Below are positions 46,511-56,262 of a stretch of 64,000 nucleotides of DNA, one piece after another (the stretch's first letter is position 1; the number at the start of each line of letters is the position of its first letter). The notes under the pieces are model-generated. The model was given only the letters and a program-made list of their open reading frames with translations. It was not told the DNA's origin and searched no databases. A program made the position numbers and the translations under genes. The stretch is from the NCBI GenBank assembly GCA_947502835.1, contig CANNBJ010000003.1, forward strand, positions 376,825 to 440,824. The letters run 5' to 3'. This stretch comes from Bdellovibrionales bacterium (lineage in GTDB: Bacteria > Bdellovibrionota > UBA1018 > CAIMNF01).

Positions 46511-47837
46511 GTGCCTGACGCCTTTTTCGATAGCGCGATCCGAGGAGCGCGGCTACGGAGAACAATCCTGCCGAAAGGCCGATCCAAAGCCCCTCAATGC
46601 CCAGGTCCAAATGGAAACAGAGAATGAGTCCCAGGGGAACTCCGATCACGCCATGCCCGATGGCATTCATTCCCGCCTGGACTCGCGTTTCACCAAGCCC
46701 CCTCAAGCATCCGGAAAGGATCACTTGAAGTGCGTCTCCGAACTGGAAGAGGGCGGTGATCAGCAAAAGGCGGGATCCGATTTTGAGAGTGGCCGGATCA
46801 TCCGCAAAAAAGCGAAGCACCGGATCCCGAAGCCAAAAAATCAAAGCGGAGGCTGAAGCCGCATAGAGAATGCCGTATTTCAGTGTTTTTTGCCCAAGCT
46901 GGAACGAGAGCCGGGGATTTCCCTCGCCCAAGGCCCGACTCATGGTGAGGGCTGCTGCGGAACCCATTCCGGCTGGAATCATGAAGACAAAGCTGGCAAG
47001 GCTGATGGCGATGGCATGGGCCGCATTCTCGGCAGGAGGGAAGCCTGCCGCGATCGTACCCACCAGAATGAAGGCTCCAATCTCGAAGAACATTTGGAGC
47101 GACGTGGGGATCCCGAGACGGAGGATGGTCTTCATCCTGAGCTTCCATGGAATCCCGGAGCGAAATTCCGTGAAGGGGGTATTTCTTCGGGCCAACCTCA
47201 CACGGTACAGGAGGAACCCGAGGATTGCGATCCGGGAGAGGACGTTGGACCAGGCGGATCCTTCGATCCCGAGTGCCGGAAAGCCTGCATGCCCGAATAC
47301 CAGGGCCCAGTTGAAAAACACATTCATCCCGTTTCCGAGCGCGAAGGCGAGGGTGGTGTCATGGGAATGTCCGCGGGCTTGCAGTTCCGTTCGCAAGAGC
47401 GGGGTCAGGAAGACCGGGAGAAAGCTCAGCGAGAGGATGGTACTGAAGCGGGCAACGCTCCCCTGGATTGCTGGATCCATTCCGAAGAGCGCACCCATGC
47501 GGGTCAGGGCAATGAATCCGCAGGTGCTTCCCAGGGTGAGAAGGAGAATCAGAAGAGCGCCCGCAAAAAAATAGGAGTCCGATTTCTTCTCGTCCGCCTC
47601 ACCCAGTGCATGCGGAATCAGGAATTCGAGGCTGGAGAAGATTCCGATCCCGAGAATCATGAACCATGCAAAAAACGAGGTTGCGGTACCGACACTGGCG
47701 GTCGCATTGCTCCCGAGATCACGGCAAAACAGGAGATCCACGACCTGCATGAGGGACTGCCCGAAAAAAGAGCCTACGCTGTGGAGGAGCACGGCCCTGT
47801 ATTCGGGGGCGGATCGAGTGGGGGAGGGTGGTTGCAT
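46503..47837 (-). CDS. MATE family efflux transporter
   Basis: 'VDLLF', 'PALGIEGSAW', 'LGIPTSLQMFFE', 'FQFGDALQVILSGCLRG', 'GLWIG'. Confidence 0.92.
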   Translation of the reverse strand: MQPPSPTRSAPEYRAVLLHSVGSFFGQSLMQVVDLLFCRDLGSNATASVGTATSFFAWFMILGIGIFSSLEFLIPHALGEADEKKSDSYFFAGALLILLLTLGSTCGFIALTRMGALFGMDPAIQGSVARFSTILSLSFLPVFLTPLLRTELQARGHSHDTTLAFALGNGMNVFFNWALVFGHAGFPALGIEGSAWSNVLSRIAILGFLLYRVRLARRNTPFTEFRSGIPWKLRMKTILRLGIPTSLQMFFEIGAFILVGTIAAGFPPAENAAHAIAISLASFVFMIPAGMGSAAALTMSRALGEGNPRLSFQLGQKTLKYGILYAASASALIFWLRDPVLRFFADDPATLKIGSRLLLITALFQFGDALQVILSGCLRGLGETRVQAGMNAIGHGVIGVPLGLILCFHLDLGIEGLWIGLSAGLFSVAALLGSRYRKRRQALT

Positions 47838-47931
47838 GATCTTTGTGTAATAAGTTTTACTTAATTTATAAAATAAAAAACAATAATTAACACTTATTTA
47901 TGGTTTCTGGCAGATTCGCTTCATACAAATT

Positions 47932-48043
47932 TTGTGGGAGTTCGACTCACCACAATCACACTTACAGATGACCTGGGAAGGATGAGTTTTATCCTCCCCC
48001 TCCCCCAATCCCAACAAAGCTTGTTTTTCCCAGTTCATCTGTA
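47932..48043. ncRNA. Candidate structured RNA or inverted-repeat element
   Basis: 17-bp arms 47963-47979 and 48027-48043 (1 mismatch) enclosing two small hairpins; adjacent hairpin at 47932-47955. Confidence 0.4.
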
Positions 48044-48082
48044 GACTACCCTCGTTCAAGCACACCCCTCCAACAGATCCCC

Positions 48083-49636
48083 CTACGGCTTGGTCTTCAA
48101 GAGCGTCATCTCGACGCGAAACAGTTGTTCAAAGAGGGTTTTCTTTTGCTCAAACCGCAAGATCTCAAGATCGCAGGGGCTCTTCGAGGAGAATCTCAGT
48201 TCAATCCGGCGCTTCCGGTGTGCGATTCGCTTGAGTTTCATCGCCTTTTTGTGGGTTCGATCGCACGAATCCGCGATCTGCAGGAGTGACAAAAGCACAA
48301 GGAACGGCCTGCGGAGTTCGTCCTTTTTTGAGAAAGGAATCTTCTTTTCGTTCTTTTTTTCGAGGAGCTTCTCTTCCTTGTGGAGCCGGCACAGGGACGC
48401 AATGAGGTTGGCCTCCCATCCGTGCATTCCCACGAAGTTTGCATTTCTCACCATGTATTCCGAATGTTCGGCGTGGTGGGCGTGGCTGATGACCTCGCCG
48501 GAATCATGGAGGAGAGCCGCGGCACCAAGGTAGGCGCGCCACTCGGACTTGAGCTTGTGAATCGACCTCAATCCGTCAAACAGGAATTCTGCGTGTTCGC
48601 GCACCGTGGCTGCATGGTTGGTGTCAACGCCCCAAGCGCGGATTCTCGATTCGATCTCCTCAAACGAGAACTGGCTTGCGCGTGCCTTTTGGCTCGTAAT
48701 CCGGGCGAGCTCGTCTTCAAGGATTCCGTCGCGAAGTGCGAATTCGGTGGAGCGGATGGTTTTTGCCTTCAGCATTTGGGAAAGTTCGTCGAGCAGGATC
48801 GCGCCGGCCAGAATCAGATCCACCCGCTTCGGTTCCATCCCGTTCATGGCAAGAAGCTCTGCCGTGGTTTTGGTTTGAATCTGCTTCACCACCTTGGAGA
48901 GGTTTTTCGCTTCAAAGGGGAGGTGGCCCCGGTCTTTGTCCCGATGGACGAGTTTTGCAAGGGCGATGATGCTTCCCGAGGAACCAATGATGGTGGGAGC
49001 TTCCGGCCAGTCCTCGAGGAGCAGTTTTGGCAAAACCACGCTCTTGATGAATTGCCTGAGTTCGCTCACGGGATCACTTCCGGTTTTCCCGGCACGGACG
49101 GGCGGTTGGGTTTTCAGAAAAACCTGCTGGAGCTTCGCCACACCGAGATTGAAGCTGTGGGAGCGAAGCACGGTGTGCCCCTTGCAGATCGAGATCTCGG
49201 TGCTTCCTCCACCAATGTCAATCAGGGCAAAGGTCCCTTTGGGAAGTGAGGGTTGATTGTTCAGGACGCCCTTTGCGATCAAGGAGGCTTCCTCGGCGCC
49301 GGTGATCATCCGGAACTCGATTCCGGTCTTCTTTTTCAGATCGAGCAGGAAGTTCTCACCATCGGATGCGTCCCGGATTGCAGCCGTACCGAAGGCAACG
49401 CATCTGTCGACAGAGAGGGCGCGCATCGTGGAGTGGAACGAATGAACCGCCTCGAGCGTGCGCCTTTTGCTTTCTTCGCTCAGTTTTCCATTGAGGAAGA
49501 GATCCTGGCCCAAGCGGACCATGGTTTTTTCCCGGTAAAGTCTTCTATGCTGATGGGTCCCCTTGCGGCTCGCGCTTACTTCGTGAATGTCAAACCGGAT
49601 GGAGTTCGTCCCAAGGTCGATGATCGCGATTCGCAT
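48083..49636 (-). CDS. ppx: Exopolyphosphatase / pppGpp phosphohydrolase (Ppx/GppA) with HD domain
   Basis: 'IDLGTNSIR', 'GAEEA', 'DIGGGSTE', 'LRDGIL', 'LLHDSG'. Confidence 0.93.
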   Translation of the reverse strand: MRIAIIDLGTNSIRFDIHEVSASRKGTHQHRRLYREKTMVRLGQDLFLNGKLSEESKRRTLEAVHSFHSTMRALSVDRCVAFGTAAIRDASDGENFLLDLKKKTGIEFRMITGAEEASLIAKGVLNNQPSLPKGTFALIDIGGGSTEISICKGHTVLRSHSFNLGVAKLQQVFLKTQPPVRAGKTGSDPVSELRQFIKSVVLPKLLLEDWPEAPTIIGSSGSIIALAKLVHRDKDRGHLPFEAKNLSKVVKQIQTKTTAELLAMNGMEPKRVDLILAGAILLDELSQMLKAKTIRSTEFALRDGILEDELARITSQKARASQFSFEEIESRIRAWGVDTNHAATVREHAEFLFDGLRSIHKLKSEWRAYLGAAALLHDSGEVISHAHHAEHSEYMVRNANFVGMHGWEANLIASLCRLHKEEKLLEKKNEKKIPFSKKDELRRPFLVLLSLLQIADSCDRTHKKAMKLKRIAHRKRRIELRFSSKSPCDLEILRFEQKKTLFEQLFRVEMTLLKTKP

Positions 49637-49662
49637 AGGCTCTCAGCAGGGGAGGCCTGAGA

Positions 49663-49809
49663 TCAGCGGGCGCGATTCAATTTGCGCTTCTTCATCTTGC
49701 GCGATCTGGCCTGGTCAATCTTGTGGGGGCGGAGCGAAGGGTTCTTCTTGTGTTCGCTCGCACGGTCGGATTTTTGTTTTGTTCTTTTTACACGGAGTCG
49801 AGTTGCCAT
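49663..49809 (-). CDS. Small highly basic protein, 48 aa (below the ORF-track cutoff)
   Basis: MATRLRVKRTKQKSDRASEHKKNPSLRPHKIDQARSRKMKKRKLNRAR; fills the coaE-ppx gap on the same strand. Confidence 0.65.
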   Translation of the reverse strand: MATRLRVKRTKQKSDRASEHKKNPSLRPHKIDQARSRKMKKRKLNRAR

Positions 49810-49822
49810 GCCCTAGGGGGTA

Positions 49823-50404
49823 TCACGGGGATTTCATTTGTTCCAGAACTTTCAGGATTTCGTGCCGCAAATCCCCCATGCTTCCCTTGTTTTCAATGAG
49901 CACGTTCGCGTGCGGAATGCGGCTGGAATCGGGGCTCTGGGCGTGGATCATCGCGAGGGCCGCCTCGCGTGAAACCCCGTCCCTCCGCATGATTCGAAGA
50001 GCGCGCTCCTCGATCGGAGCGGTGACGACGATGAGGCTCCCGAAATCCTTTGCGCGTCCCGATTCAATCAGAAGACTTGCCTCGTACAAGAGAAAGGGAG
50101 CGGTGGAATTCGAGGCTTCTGCCTCGAGAAAGGCCTCTTCGCTCTTCTTCCGGATCAGGGGGTGGAGGATGGATTCGAGATCCCTTTTTGCTTCCGGATC
50201 CCGCGTGATGAGGTTCCGAAGGGTGGCCGGGTCCGTGGTGTTAAATCGTTTGAGTAGAGCAGGTTCCGCCTCGCCGCCAGGCGCACGAAGCGTGCGGGCA
50301 ATCCGGTCGGCATCGATGACCGGGATCCCGCCGAGCTCTTGAAAAAGACGGGCCACCGTGGATTTCCCGCTCCCGATTCCCCCTGTGAGTCCGATGCGTT
50401 TCAT
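49823..50404 (-). CDS. coaE: Dephospho-CoA kinase
   Basis: 'IGLTGGIGSGKSTV', 'IDAD', 'LESILHP'. Confidence 0.95.
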   Translation of the reverse strand: MKRIGLTGGIGSGKSTVARLFQELGGIPVIDADRIARTLRAPGGEAEPALLKRFNTTDPATLRNLITRDPEAKRDLESILHPLIRKKSEEAFLEAEASNSTAPFLLYEASLLIESGRAKDFGSLIVVTAPIEERALRIMRRDGVSREAALAMIHAQSPDSSRIPHANVLIENKGSMGDLRHEILKVLEQMKSP

Positions 50405-51264
50405 TCTGGTTTCCGTTCGAGGGCTTTTGCCTCATCCCAATAGCGATCCATTTCGGCAAGGTCGACCTTCTCAGGGGAGGTGCCCTTCTCATGAAGTCTC
50501 TTTTCGACATGACGAAACCGCGATTCGAACCTGCGGAGAGTTCCCCTGAGTGCACTCTCGGGATCGATCTTGGTCAAATGGGCAAGGTTGCACACGCAAA
50601 AGAGAACATCCCCGAGCTCTGATTCGATCTTTGCGCGCCGAACTTCATCGATCGGAGTCTTGCCCTCGAGTTCCCGGCGAAGCTCCCGCACTTCCTCTTC
50701 CAGTTTTTCGAGGGGACCGGTCAAATCCGGCCATTGGAATCCGACTTTCGTGACTTTCGAAATGATCTTTTCGGTCCGCAGCACGGGGGGGAGGGAGCGA
50801 GAGATGGAGTCGAATACGCTTGTGACTCCCGGATCCCGGCCCTTTTCCTCTTTCTTGATCCGGTCCCAGTTCTTCAAGACTTCCTCGGTGCCGCTCACAG
50901 AGACTTCCCCGAAGACGTGGGGGTGGCGTCGGATCAGTTTTTCGTTGAGCGATGCTGCCATCGCCTCCAGCGAATGTTCCGGGTGTGTTTCCGATGCGAT
51001 TTCGGCATGAAGGAGAATCTGCAGCAGAAGATCGCCCCATTCTTCGGTGAAGGAGCGGGAAAGGTCCGGAGAATCGAGGGCGCTTGAATCCGGGATCCGG
51101 TCGAGCACGTCCAAAACCTCATAGGCCTCTTCGATCAGGTATTTTCGAAGGGATTGGGGGGTTTGTTCCCGGTCCCAAGGGCAGCCCCCGGGGCCCCGGA
51201 GGCGGGCAACGGTTTTCATCACTTCTGAAAATGCGAGGAGGGCGGCTTCATGATTGTAGGGCAT
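50401..51264 (-). CDS. mazG: Nucleoside triphosphate pyrophosphohydrolase MazG
   Basis: 'GCPWDREQT', 'EEAYE', 'EEWGDLL', 'KLIRRHPHVF', 'ELGDVLF'. Confidence 0.96.
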   Translation of the reverse strand: MPYNHEAALLAFSEVMKTVARLRGPGGCPWDREQTPQSLRKYLIEEAYEVLDVLDRIPDSSALDSPDLSRSFTEEWGDLLLQILLHAEIASETHPEHSLEAMAASLNEKLIRRHPHVFGEVSVSGTEEVLKNWDRIKKEEKGRDPGVTSVFDSISRSLPPVLRTEKIISKVTKVGFQWPDLTGPLEKLEEEVRELRRELEGKTPIDEVRRAKIESELGDVLFCVCNLAHLTKIDPESALRGTLRRFESRFRHVEKRLHEKGTSPEKVDLAEMDRYWDEAKALERKPE

Positions 51265-51290
51265 GGTGGGGATTTGTTACCATAGGTTCC

Positions 51291-51791
51291 ATGGTATCGA
51301 AACCCGTGCCGTTGAAAGAGATTGAGACCTATGCCCTGAGTGCGGTCCGCCGGTGGCTGAAAAGGGTTCTCAAGGAACCTAAAGTCCGCGCACGGCTCGC
51401 AAAATGCGAGGCCGACACCTACCAGGTGGATCTTTCGGTCTGTGGCAACTCGAAAATGAGTCATTTGAACGGGACTTTCCGGAAGAAACGAAAGCCCACG
51501 GACGTGCTCAGTTTTCCCACACCCGAGTTTTTCCAGCGGCAGGGCCTGCTCGGGGATCTTGTCCTGTGCGGTCCGGTTGCGGTGAAGCAGGCAAAGGACC
51601 AGCGTCATCCATGGAAGCGGGAAGTTGATGTGCTTCTAGTGCATGGGCTGTTGCATTTGTGCCATTTTGATCACGAGGACTCGCAAAAAGAGGCGGAACT
51701 GATGGCTGCCCTTGAAGCGCGCGTGCTCGGGCCCGGAAAATCAAAAGGTCTCGTGAAGCGCGGGAATCAGACCCGCCACTTGAAGAGATAA
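51291..51791 (+). CDS. ybeY: rRNA maturation endoribonuclease YbeY
   Basis: 'PTDVLSF', 'LGD', 'HGLLHLCHFDH'; start revised to 51291. Confidence 0.92.
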   Translation: MVSKPVPLKEIETYALSAVRRWLKRVLKEPKVRARLAKCEADTYQVDLSVCGNSKMSHLNGTFRKKRKPTDVLSFPTPEFFQRQGLLGDLVLCGPVAVKQAKDQRHPWKREVDVLLVHGLLHLCHFDHEDSQKEAELMAALEARVLGPGKSKGLVKRGNQTRHLKR

Positions 51792-52180
51792 AGAGGAGCG
51801 ATGCTCCCGTCGAATTTCGATTCGCAGAAAGTGTGTGCCTGCCCCTCGGAATCGATCAGGATTCGAATCCGTTGTTTGAGCTTTTCGCACGCGGCAGCGT
51901 CGGGATTTTCGGCCGTCTGCAGCTCCAGGGCGGAGAGTTTCACGGGGCTGAAACGGTTGCGGGAAATCACCGAACGGATTTCGCAGGCTTTCCCGTCGTT
52001 CAGCACAAAGCAGTCCGAAGACAGAAACGCCTTCAGGGTTTGGTCGTAGCAAAGCGTGACCGCGGAATCCCTCTTGTTCAAGATCATGGTTTTTCCTCTG
52101 CAGGCAAATGCGAAGTCACTTTTGAATGCAAGAAAGGACAGGGCAAGAATCAAAAATCCTTTCAGGTTCGGTTTTCTCAT
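51767..52180 (-). CDS. Small Cys-rich secreted hypothetical protein
   Basis: Signal peptide (AFA), six Cys, 'NPDAAACEKL...FCE..DGS'; SD GGAGG. Confidence 0.65.
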   Translation of the reverse strand: MRKPNLKGFLILALSFLAFKSDFAFACRGKTMILNKRDSAVTLCYDQTLKAFLSSDCFVLNDGKACEIRSVISRNRFSPVKLSALELQTAENPDAAACEKLKQRIRILIDSEGQAHTFCESKFDGSIAPLYLFKWRV

Positions 52181-52411
52181 GTGCAAGCCCCTCCGAGCGC
52201 CCGGTTTCCACAGATCCTGTGGATGGTGGGCGCCTTGCCTCTATTTTAGCGTGTCCTGTTCGACATGGCAATAGGTGATTGAATTGATCAAATTCTAAAT
52301 GATTTTCATGGATTCCACTCCCCGGATTGTCCCCTGTGGTTCGGGTTTGCAGCGCTGGGCCCGAAACTGCTACACTCGGGCGCACGACGAACCAAAGAAG
52401 GAGCGAGCCGA

Positions 52412-53561
52412 ATGGCAGCGAGCAGAATGGAAGCCTTTGAGATCCGGAAAACCCTTGGGGAAATGAAAGCGAAGCTTGATTTCCTCAGAGGTTCACTTTG
52501 ACCTCGCTCACAAGACGAGAAGAATCGAAGAAATCTCCCACCTGGAAACCCAGGAATCCTTCTGGGCAGACAACAAAAAAGCAAAAGTACTCTCCCAGGA
52601 AAAGTCCCGCCTTGAATCGGAGGTAAACGGGTTCAAGGAACTCGACCTTCTGTTTTCGGACGCGGAGACCATGTTCCAGATGGCAGAAGAGGAAAAAGAC
52701 GAGGGCCTGATGCAAGAGGCCTCCGACATGATTGCTCCCCTTGCACTCAAATTCGAGGAAGCCGAACTCAAGAAAATGCTTTCGGATCCCATGGATCCGA
52801 AGAACGCAATCGTCACGATCAACGCAGGCTCCGGAGGGACAGAGTCGCAGGACTGGGCGCAAATGCTGTTTCGCATGTATCAGATGTGGGCCAAGGCCCA
52901 CTCCTTTGACGTGAAGGTGATGGACGTGCTCCCGGGCGAGGAAGCGGGTCTCAAAAACGTGGCCTTCACGGTGAACGGAGCGAATGCCTACGGGCTCTTG
53001 AAGAGCGAGGCCGGGGTGCATCGGCTGGTCCGCATTTCGCCCTTTGACTCGAACGCCAGGCGCCACACGTCCTTTACCAGCGTCTTTGTCACTCCCGAAG
53101 TGGATGATGATTTCGAGGTTGTGATCAACCCAGCGGATCTTCGCATCGATGTGTACCGCGCGGGCGGAAAAGGCGGTCAGGGCGTGAACACCACCGATTC
53201 GGCGGTCCGGATCACCCACAATCCGTCAGGAATCGTGGTGACCTGTCAGCAGGAGCGTTCGCAGATCAAGAACAAGGACCTTGCGATGAAGGTGCTGAAA
53301 TCCCGACTCTATGAGCGCCATTTGGAAGAAGAACGCAAGAAAATGGACGCCATCGAGAACTCCAAAAAAGAGATCTCGTGGGGTTCGCAGATCCGGTCCT
53401 ATGTTTTGCATCCCTACAAGATGGTCAAGGATCATCGAACGGGCTTTACGTCCTCGAGTGCGGATGTGGTGCTCGATGGCGATCTGGACGGTTATATGAA
53501 GTCCTACCTTTCGTGCAAAGTCACCGGGAACTGGGCCCGGGGCGGCGACGAACTCGAGTAA
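52412..53561 (+). CDS. prfB: Peptide chain release factor 2, with programmed +1 frameshift
   Basis: ORF1 from ATG 52412 ends at CTT TGA C (52496-52502); the +1 frame carries SPF and GGQ. Confidence 0.96.
52487..52502 (+). promoter_or_regulatory. prfB frameshift cassette
   Basis: Internal SD-like AGAGGT, 3-nt spacer TCA, then CTTTGAC. Confidence 0.93.
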
Positions 53562-53565
53562 TTCC

Positions 53566-54576
53566 ATGCAAAGCGCATTGTCGAAACTTTCTCCCCATCC
53601 GGTGATGTTGGCACCGATGGTCGGGCTCACCCACTATGCGGTGAGGAGGGGGGTGCAGCGGTTTTTGCCGGAGGGAGCGCGGGTTTTGTGGCCCACGGAG
53701 ATGTTGAACTCCAGAAGGATTCCCTCCCAGCATGTGAATGAAACCCCTGAGATCAATTTCATGGATCGCGAGTTCGGGCTGTGCCCGCAACTTCTGGCCA
53801 ACGAAGAGGAGTTCATTCGGCTTTCGGTCAGGAGGCTCGAAGAATGGGGAGCGTCGGCGATCGACATCAACATGGGCTGCCCGGTTGAGAAGGCGCTCAA
53901 GCACAATTACGGCGTAGCCCTGATGGGGGATCCCGGATACGCGCGCGAGGTGGTGCGCTTTGCAGTCGAAACCGCGAAGGTGCCGGTCAGTGTGAAGCTG
54001 AGGGCAGGCCTTGAGAGCAATGATTTTGATTACCTGCTCGGGTTTGTGGAAGGCTTGTTCGAGGCGGGAGCCTCGTGGATTACGATCCATCCGAGAACCG
54101 CCGAACAAAAGCGCAAGGGGCTTGCTGATTGGAACCTGATCCGCAGGCTGAAGGAGCGGTTTCGTTCGGAGGGGCGTCCAGTCGAGATCATCGGGAACGG
54201 CGATGTGCAGTGTTTTGAGGATGTGAGAGAGCTTTTTCAGGAGGCCGAGTGCGATCGCGTGATGGTGGGGCGCGCGATGATGGCGAAACCCTGGCTCATT
54301 CGCAATGAGCCTGAGCCCGATCCTGAAACACAAGGGGCATGGTACGGGGAGTTTTTGCTGACGGTTCTTCGCGAGATGAGGGAGCATTATTCCTGGGATG
54401 CGGGCAGGCGACGGATGTTGTTCTTGATTGTGTGGGGGAAGCCTTGGGTTGAGTTCGGGGAGTATCTCCGGGGCAGGGTCCAGGCTGCGGCGGATTACGA
54501 CGGGATGGAGGCCGCCATTCGCAGGTTCTTTGGCCAGCCCCAACGGATTCAAAAGCGCTCGATCCTTCAGACGTGA
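53566..54576 (+). CDS. tRNA-dihydrouridine synthase (Dus family)
   Basis: 'LAPMVG', 'IDINMGCP', 'SVKLR', 'HPRT', 'GNGDV', 'VMVGR'. Confidence 0.93.
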   Translation: MQSALSKLSPHPVMLAPMVGLTHYAVRRGVQRFLPEGARVLWPTEMLNSRRIPSQHVNETPEINFMDREFGLCPQLLANEEEFIRLSVRRLEEWGASAIDINMGCPVEKALKHNYGVALMGDPGYAREVVRFAVETAKVPVSVKLRAGLESNDFDYLLGFVEGLFEAGASWITIHPRTAEQKRKGLADWNLIRRLKERFRSEGRPVEIIGNGDVQCFEDVRELFQEAECDRVMVGRAMMAKPWLIRNEPEPDPETQGAWYGEFLLTVLREMREHYSWDAGRRRMLFLIVWGKPWVEFGEYLRGRVQAAADYDGMEAAIRRFFGQPQRIQKRSILQT

Positions 54577-54627
54577 GAGCAGAAATCCCCTCGTCAGATG
54601 GCGTGGGTTTCGCTAGGATGACACCCC

Positions 54628-56262
54628 ATGATCCACTTCACCAATGTCCGAAAGCAGTATGGAGAGCAGGTCCTGTATCGGGATGCGAGTTTTCAGGTCC
54701 GTCCCGGAGACAAGATCGGGCTTGTCGGCCCGAACGGAGCTGGAAAGACCACGGTGTTCCGGATCATCACCGGTTCCGAGGGAACCGAGGGCGGGTCGGT
54801 CAGTTTTTCGGACAAACTCGTGATCGGATATTTTTCACAAGATGTCGCCGAGATGAAGGGGCGCTCGGTTCTTGAGGAAGTGAAAGCCGGAGTGGGGCGC
54901 GTCTCCGAGCTTGCGCGCATGATCGAGAAGTGCGAACGGAAACTTCAGGGGCTCGACGGTGAGCTCTCGGATGACGAGATGATGAAGGTCGTCGAGCAGT
55001 ACGGAGAGTACCAGCTCGAGTTCGAGGCGCGCGACGGGTACTCGCTCGAACCGCGGATCAAGGAAATCCTGAGTGGTCTTGGATTCCAGCAAGATGATTT
55101 CGACCGGAGCGTCGATGCCTTTTCAGGCGGTTGGAAAATGCGGATCGAGCTTGCAAAGATCCTGGCACTGAAGCCCGATGTGTTGCTCGCCGACGAGCCC
55201 ACCAACCACCTTGACTATGAATCGATTGTTTGGCTTGAGGAGTGGTTGCAAAATTTCAAGGGTGCGCTTGTGATGACCAGTCATGATCGCGAGTTCATGA
55301 ATCGAATTGTGAACCGGATCGTCGAGGTCGCCAACAAAACCATCACGGTGTACTCGGGCAACTATGATTTCTACTTGAGAGAGCGCGAGATCCGGCGCGA
55401 ACAACTTTTGTCATCCGCGAAAAAGCAACAGGACATGCTTGCCAAGGAAGAGGAGTTCATCGCCAAGTTCGCAGCCCGGGCATCCCATGCAGCCCAAGTC
55501 CAGAGTCGGGTCAAGAAACTTGAGAAAATCGAACGGATCGAGATTCCCGTGGAAGAGCGTGTGCTGAAGTTCGAGTTTGCGGCACCGCCGAGAAGCGGAA
55601 CCGAGGTGGTGAAGTTCCAGAATCTCGCCAAGGTCTATTCCAGGACCGACGGCACCAAGAAGCCCGTATTTGAAAAACTCACCGGACAAGTGCAACGCCT
55701 CGACAAAGTCGCGGTCGTCGGAGTGAACGGAGCCGGAAAGTCAACACTGCTCAAGATCATGGCAGGCGCACTTGATCCGAGTGAAGGGAATTGTGTGATC
55801 GGGCCCAGTGTGCGGGTCGGGTATTTCAGTCAGAGTGCGCTCGATGTACTGGATCCCAACAAAACAATTTATGACGAGGTCGCGGACCGGATTCCCGGAG
55901 CCACGATCGGGTTTGTGCGCAACTTGCTTGGTGCATTCATGTTCAGCAATGACGATGTGAACAAGAAGATCGGAATTCTCTCAGGGGGCGAGAAGAGTCG
56001 CGTGGTTCTGGCCACCATCCTTGCAACCCCGGTGAACTTCCTGGTGCTGGACGAGCCCACAAACCATTTGGACATCCGCTCCCGCGAAACGCTGCTCGAT
56101 GCGATCAAGGAATTCGAGGGAACGGTCGTGATGGTGAGCCACGACCGGCATTTCTTGAAATCAATCGCCACCCGGGTGTTTGAGATCGATCACGGTTCGC
56201 TCATGCCCTATGAGGGGAGCTTCGATTACTATCTGTCGAAGACCACACGCTTTGCGCATTGA
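54628..56262 (+). CDS. ABC-F family ATPase
   Basis: Two ABC domains (GPNGAGKT/FSGGW/DEPTNHLD and GVNGAGKS/LSGGE/DEPTNHLD); no TM. Confidence 0.95.
   Translation: MIHFTNVRKQYGEQVLYRDASFQVRPGDKIGLVGPNGAGKTTVFRIITGSEGTEGGSVSFSDKLVIGYFSQDVAEMKGRSVLEEVKAGVGRVSELARMIEKCERKLQGLDGELSDDEMMKVVEQYGEYQLEFEARDGYSLEPRIKEILSGLGFQQDDFDRSVDAFSGGWKMRIELAKILALKPDVLLADEPTNHLDYESIVWLEEWLQNFKGALVMTSHDREFMNRIVNRIVEVANKTITVYSGNYDFYLREREIRREQLLSSAKKQQDMLAKEEEFIAKFAARASHAAQVQSRVKKLEKIERIEIPVEERVLKFEFAAPPRSGTEVVKFQNLAKVYSRTDGTKKPVFEKLTGQVQRLDKVAVVGVNGAGKSTLLKIMAGALDPSEGNCVIGPSVRVGYFSQSALDVLDPNKTIYDEVADRIPGATIGFVRNLLGAFMFSNDDVNKKIGILSGGEKSRVVLATILATPVNFLVLDEPTNHLDIRSRETLLDAIKEFEGTVVMVSHDRHFLKSIATRVFEIDHGSLMPYEGSFDYYLSKTTRFAH

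Noticed and set aside
47932-47955. GTTCGA resembling a tRNA T-loop or att-site fragment
   Set aside because: No 5-bp T-stem with a 7-nt loop, no cloverleaf, and no integrase nearby
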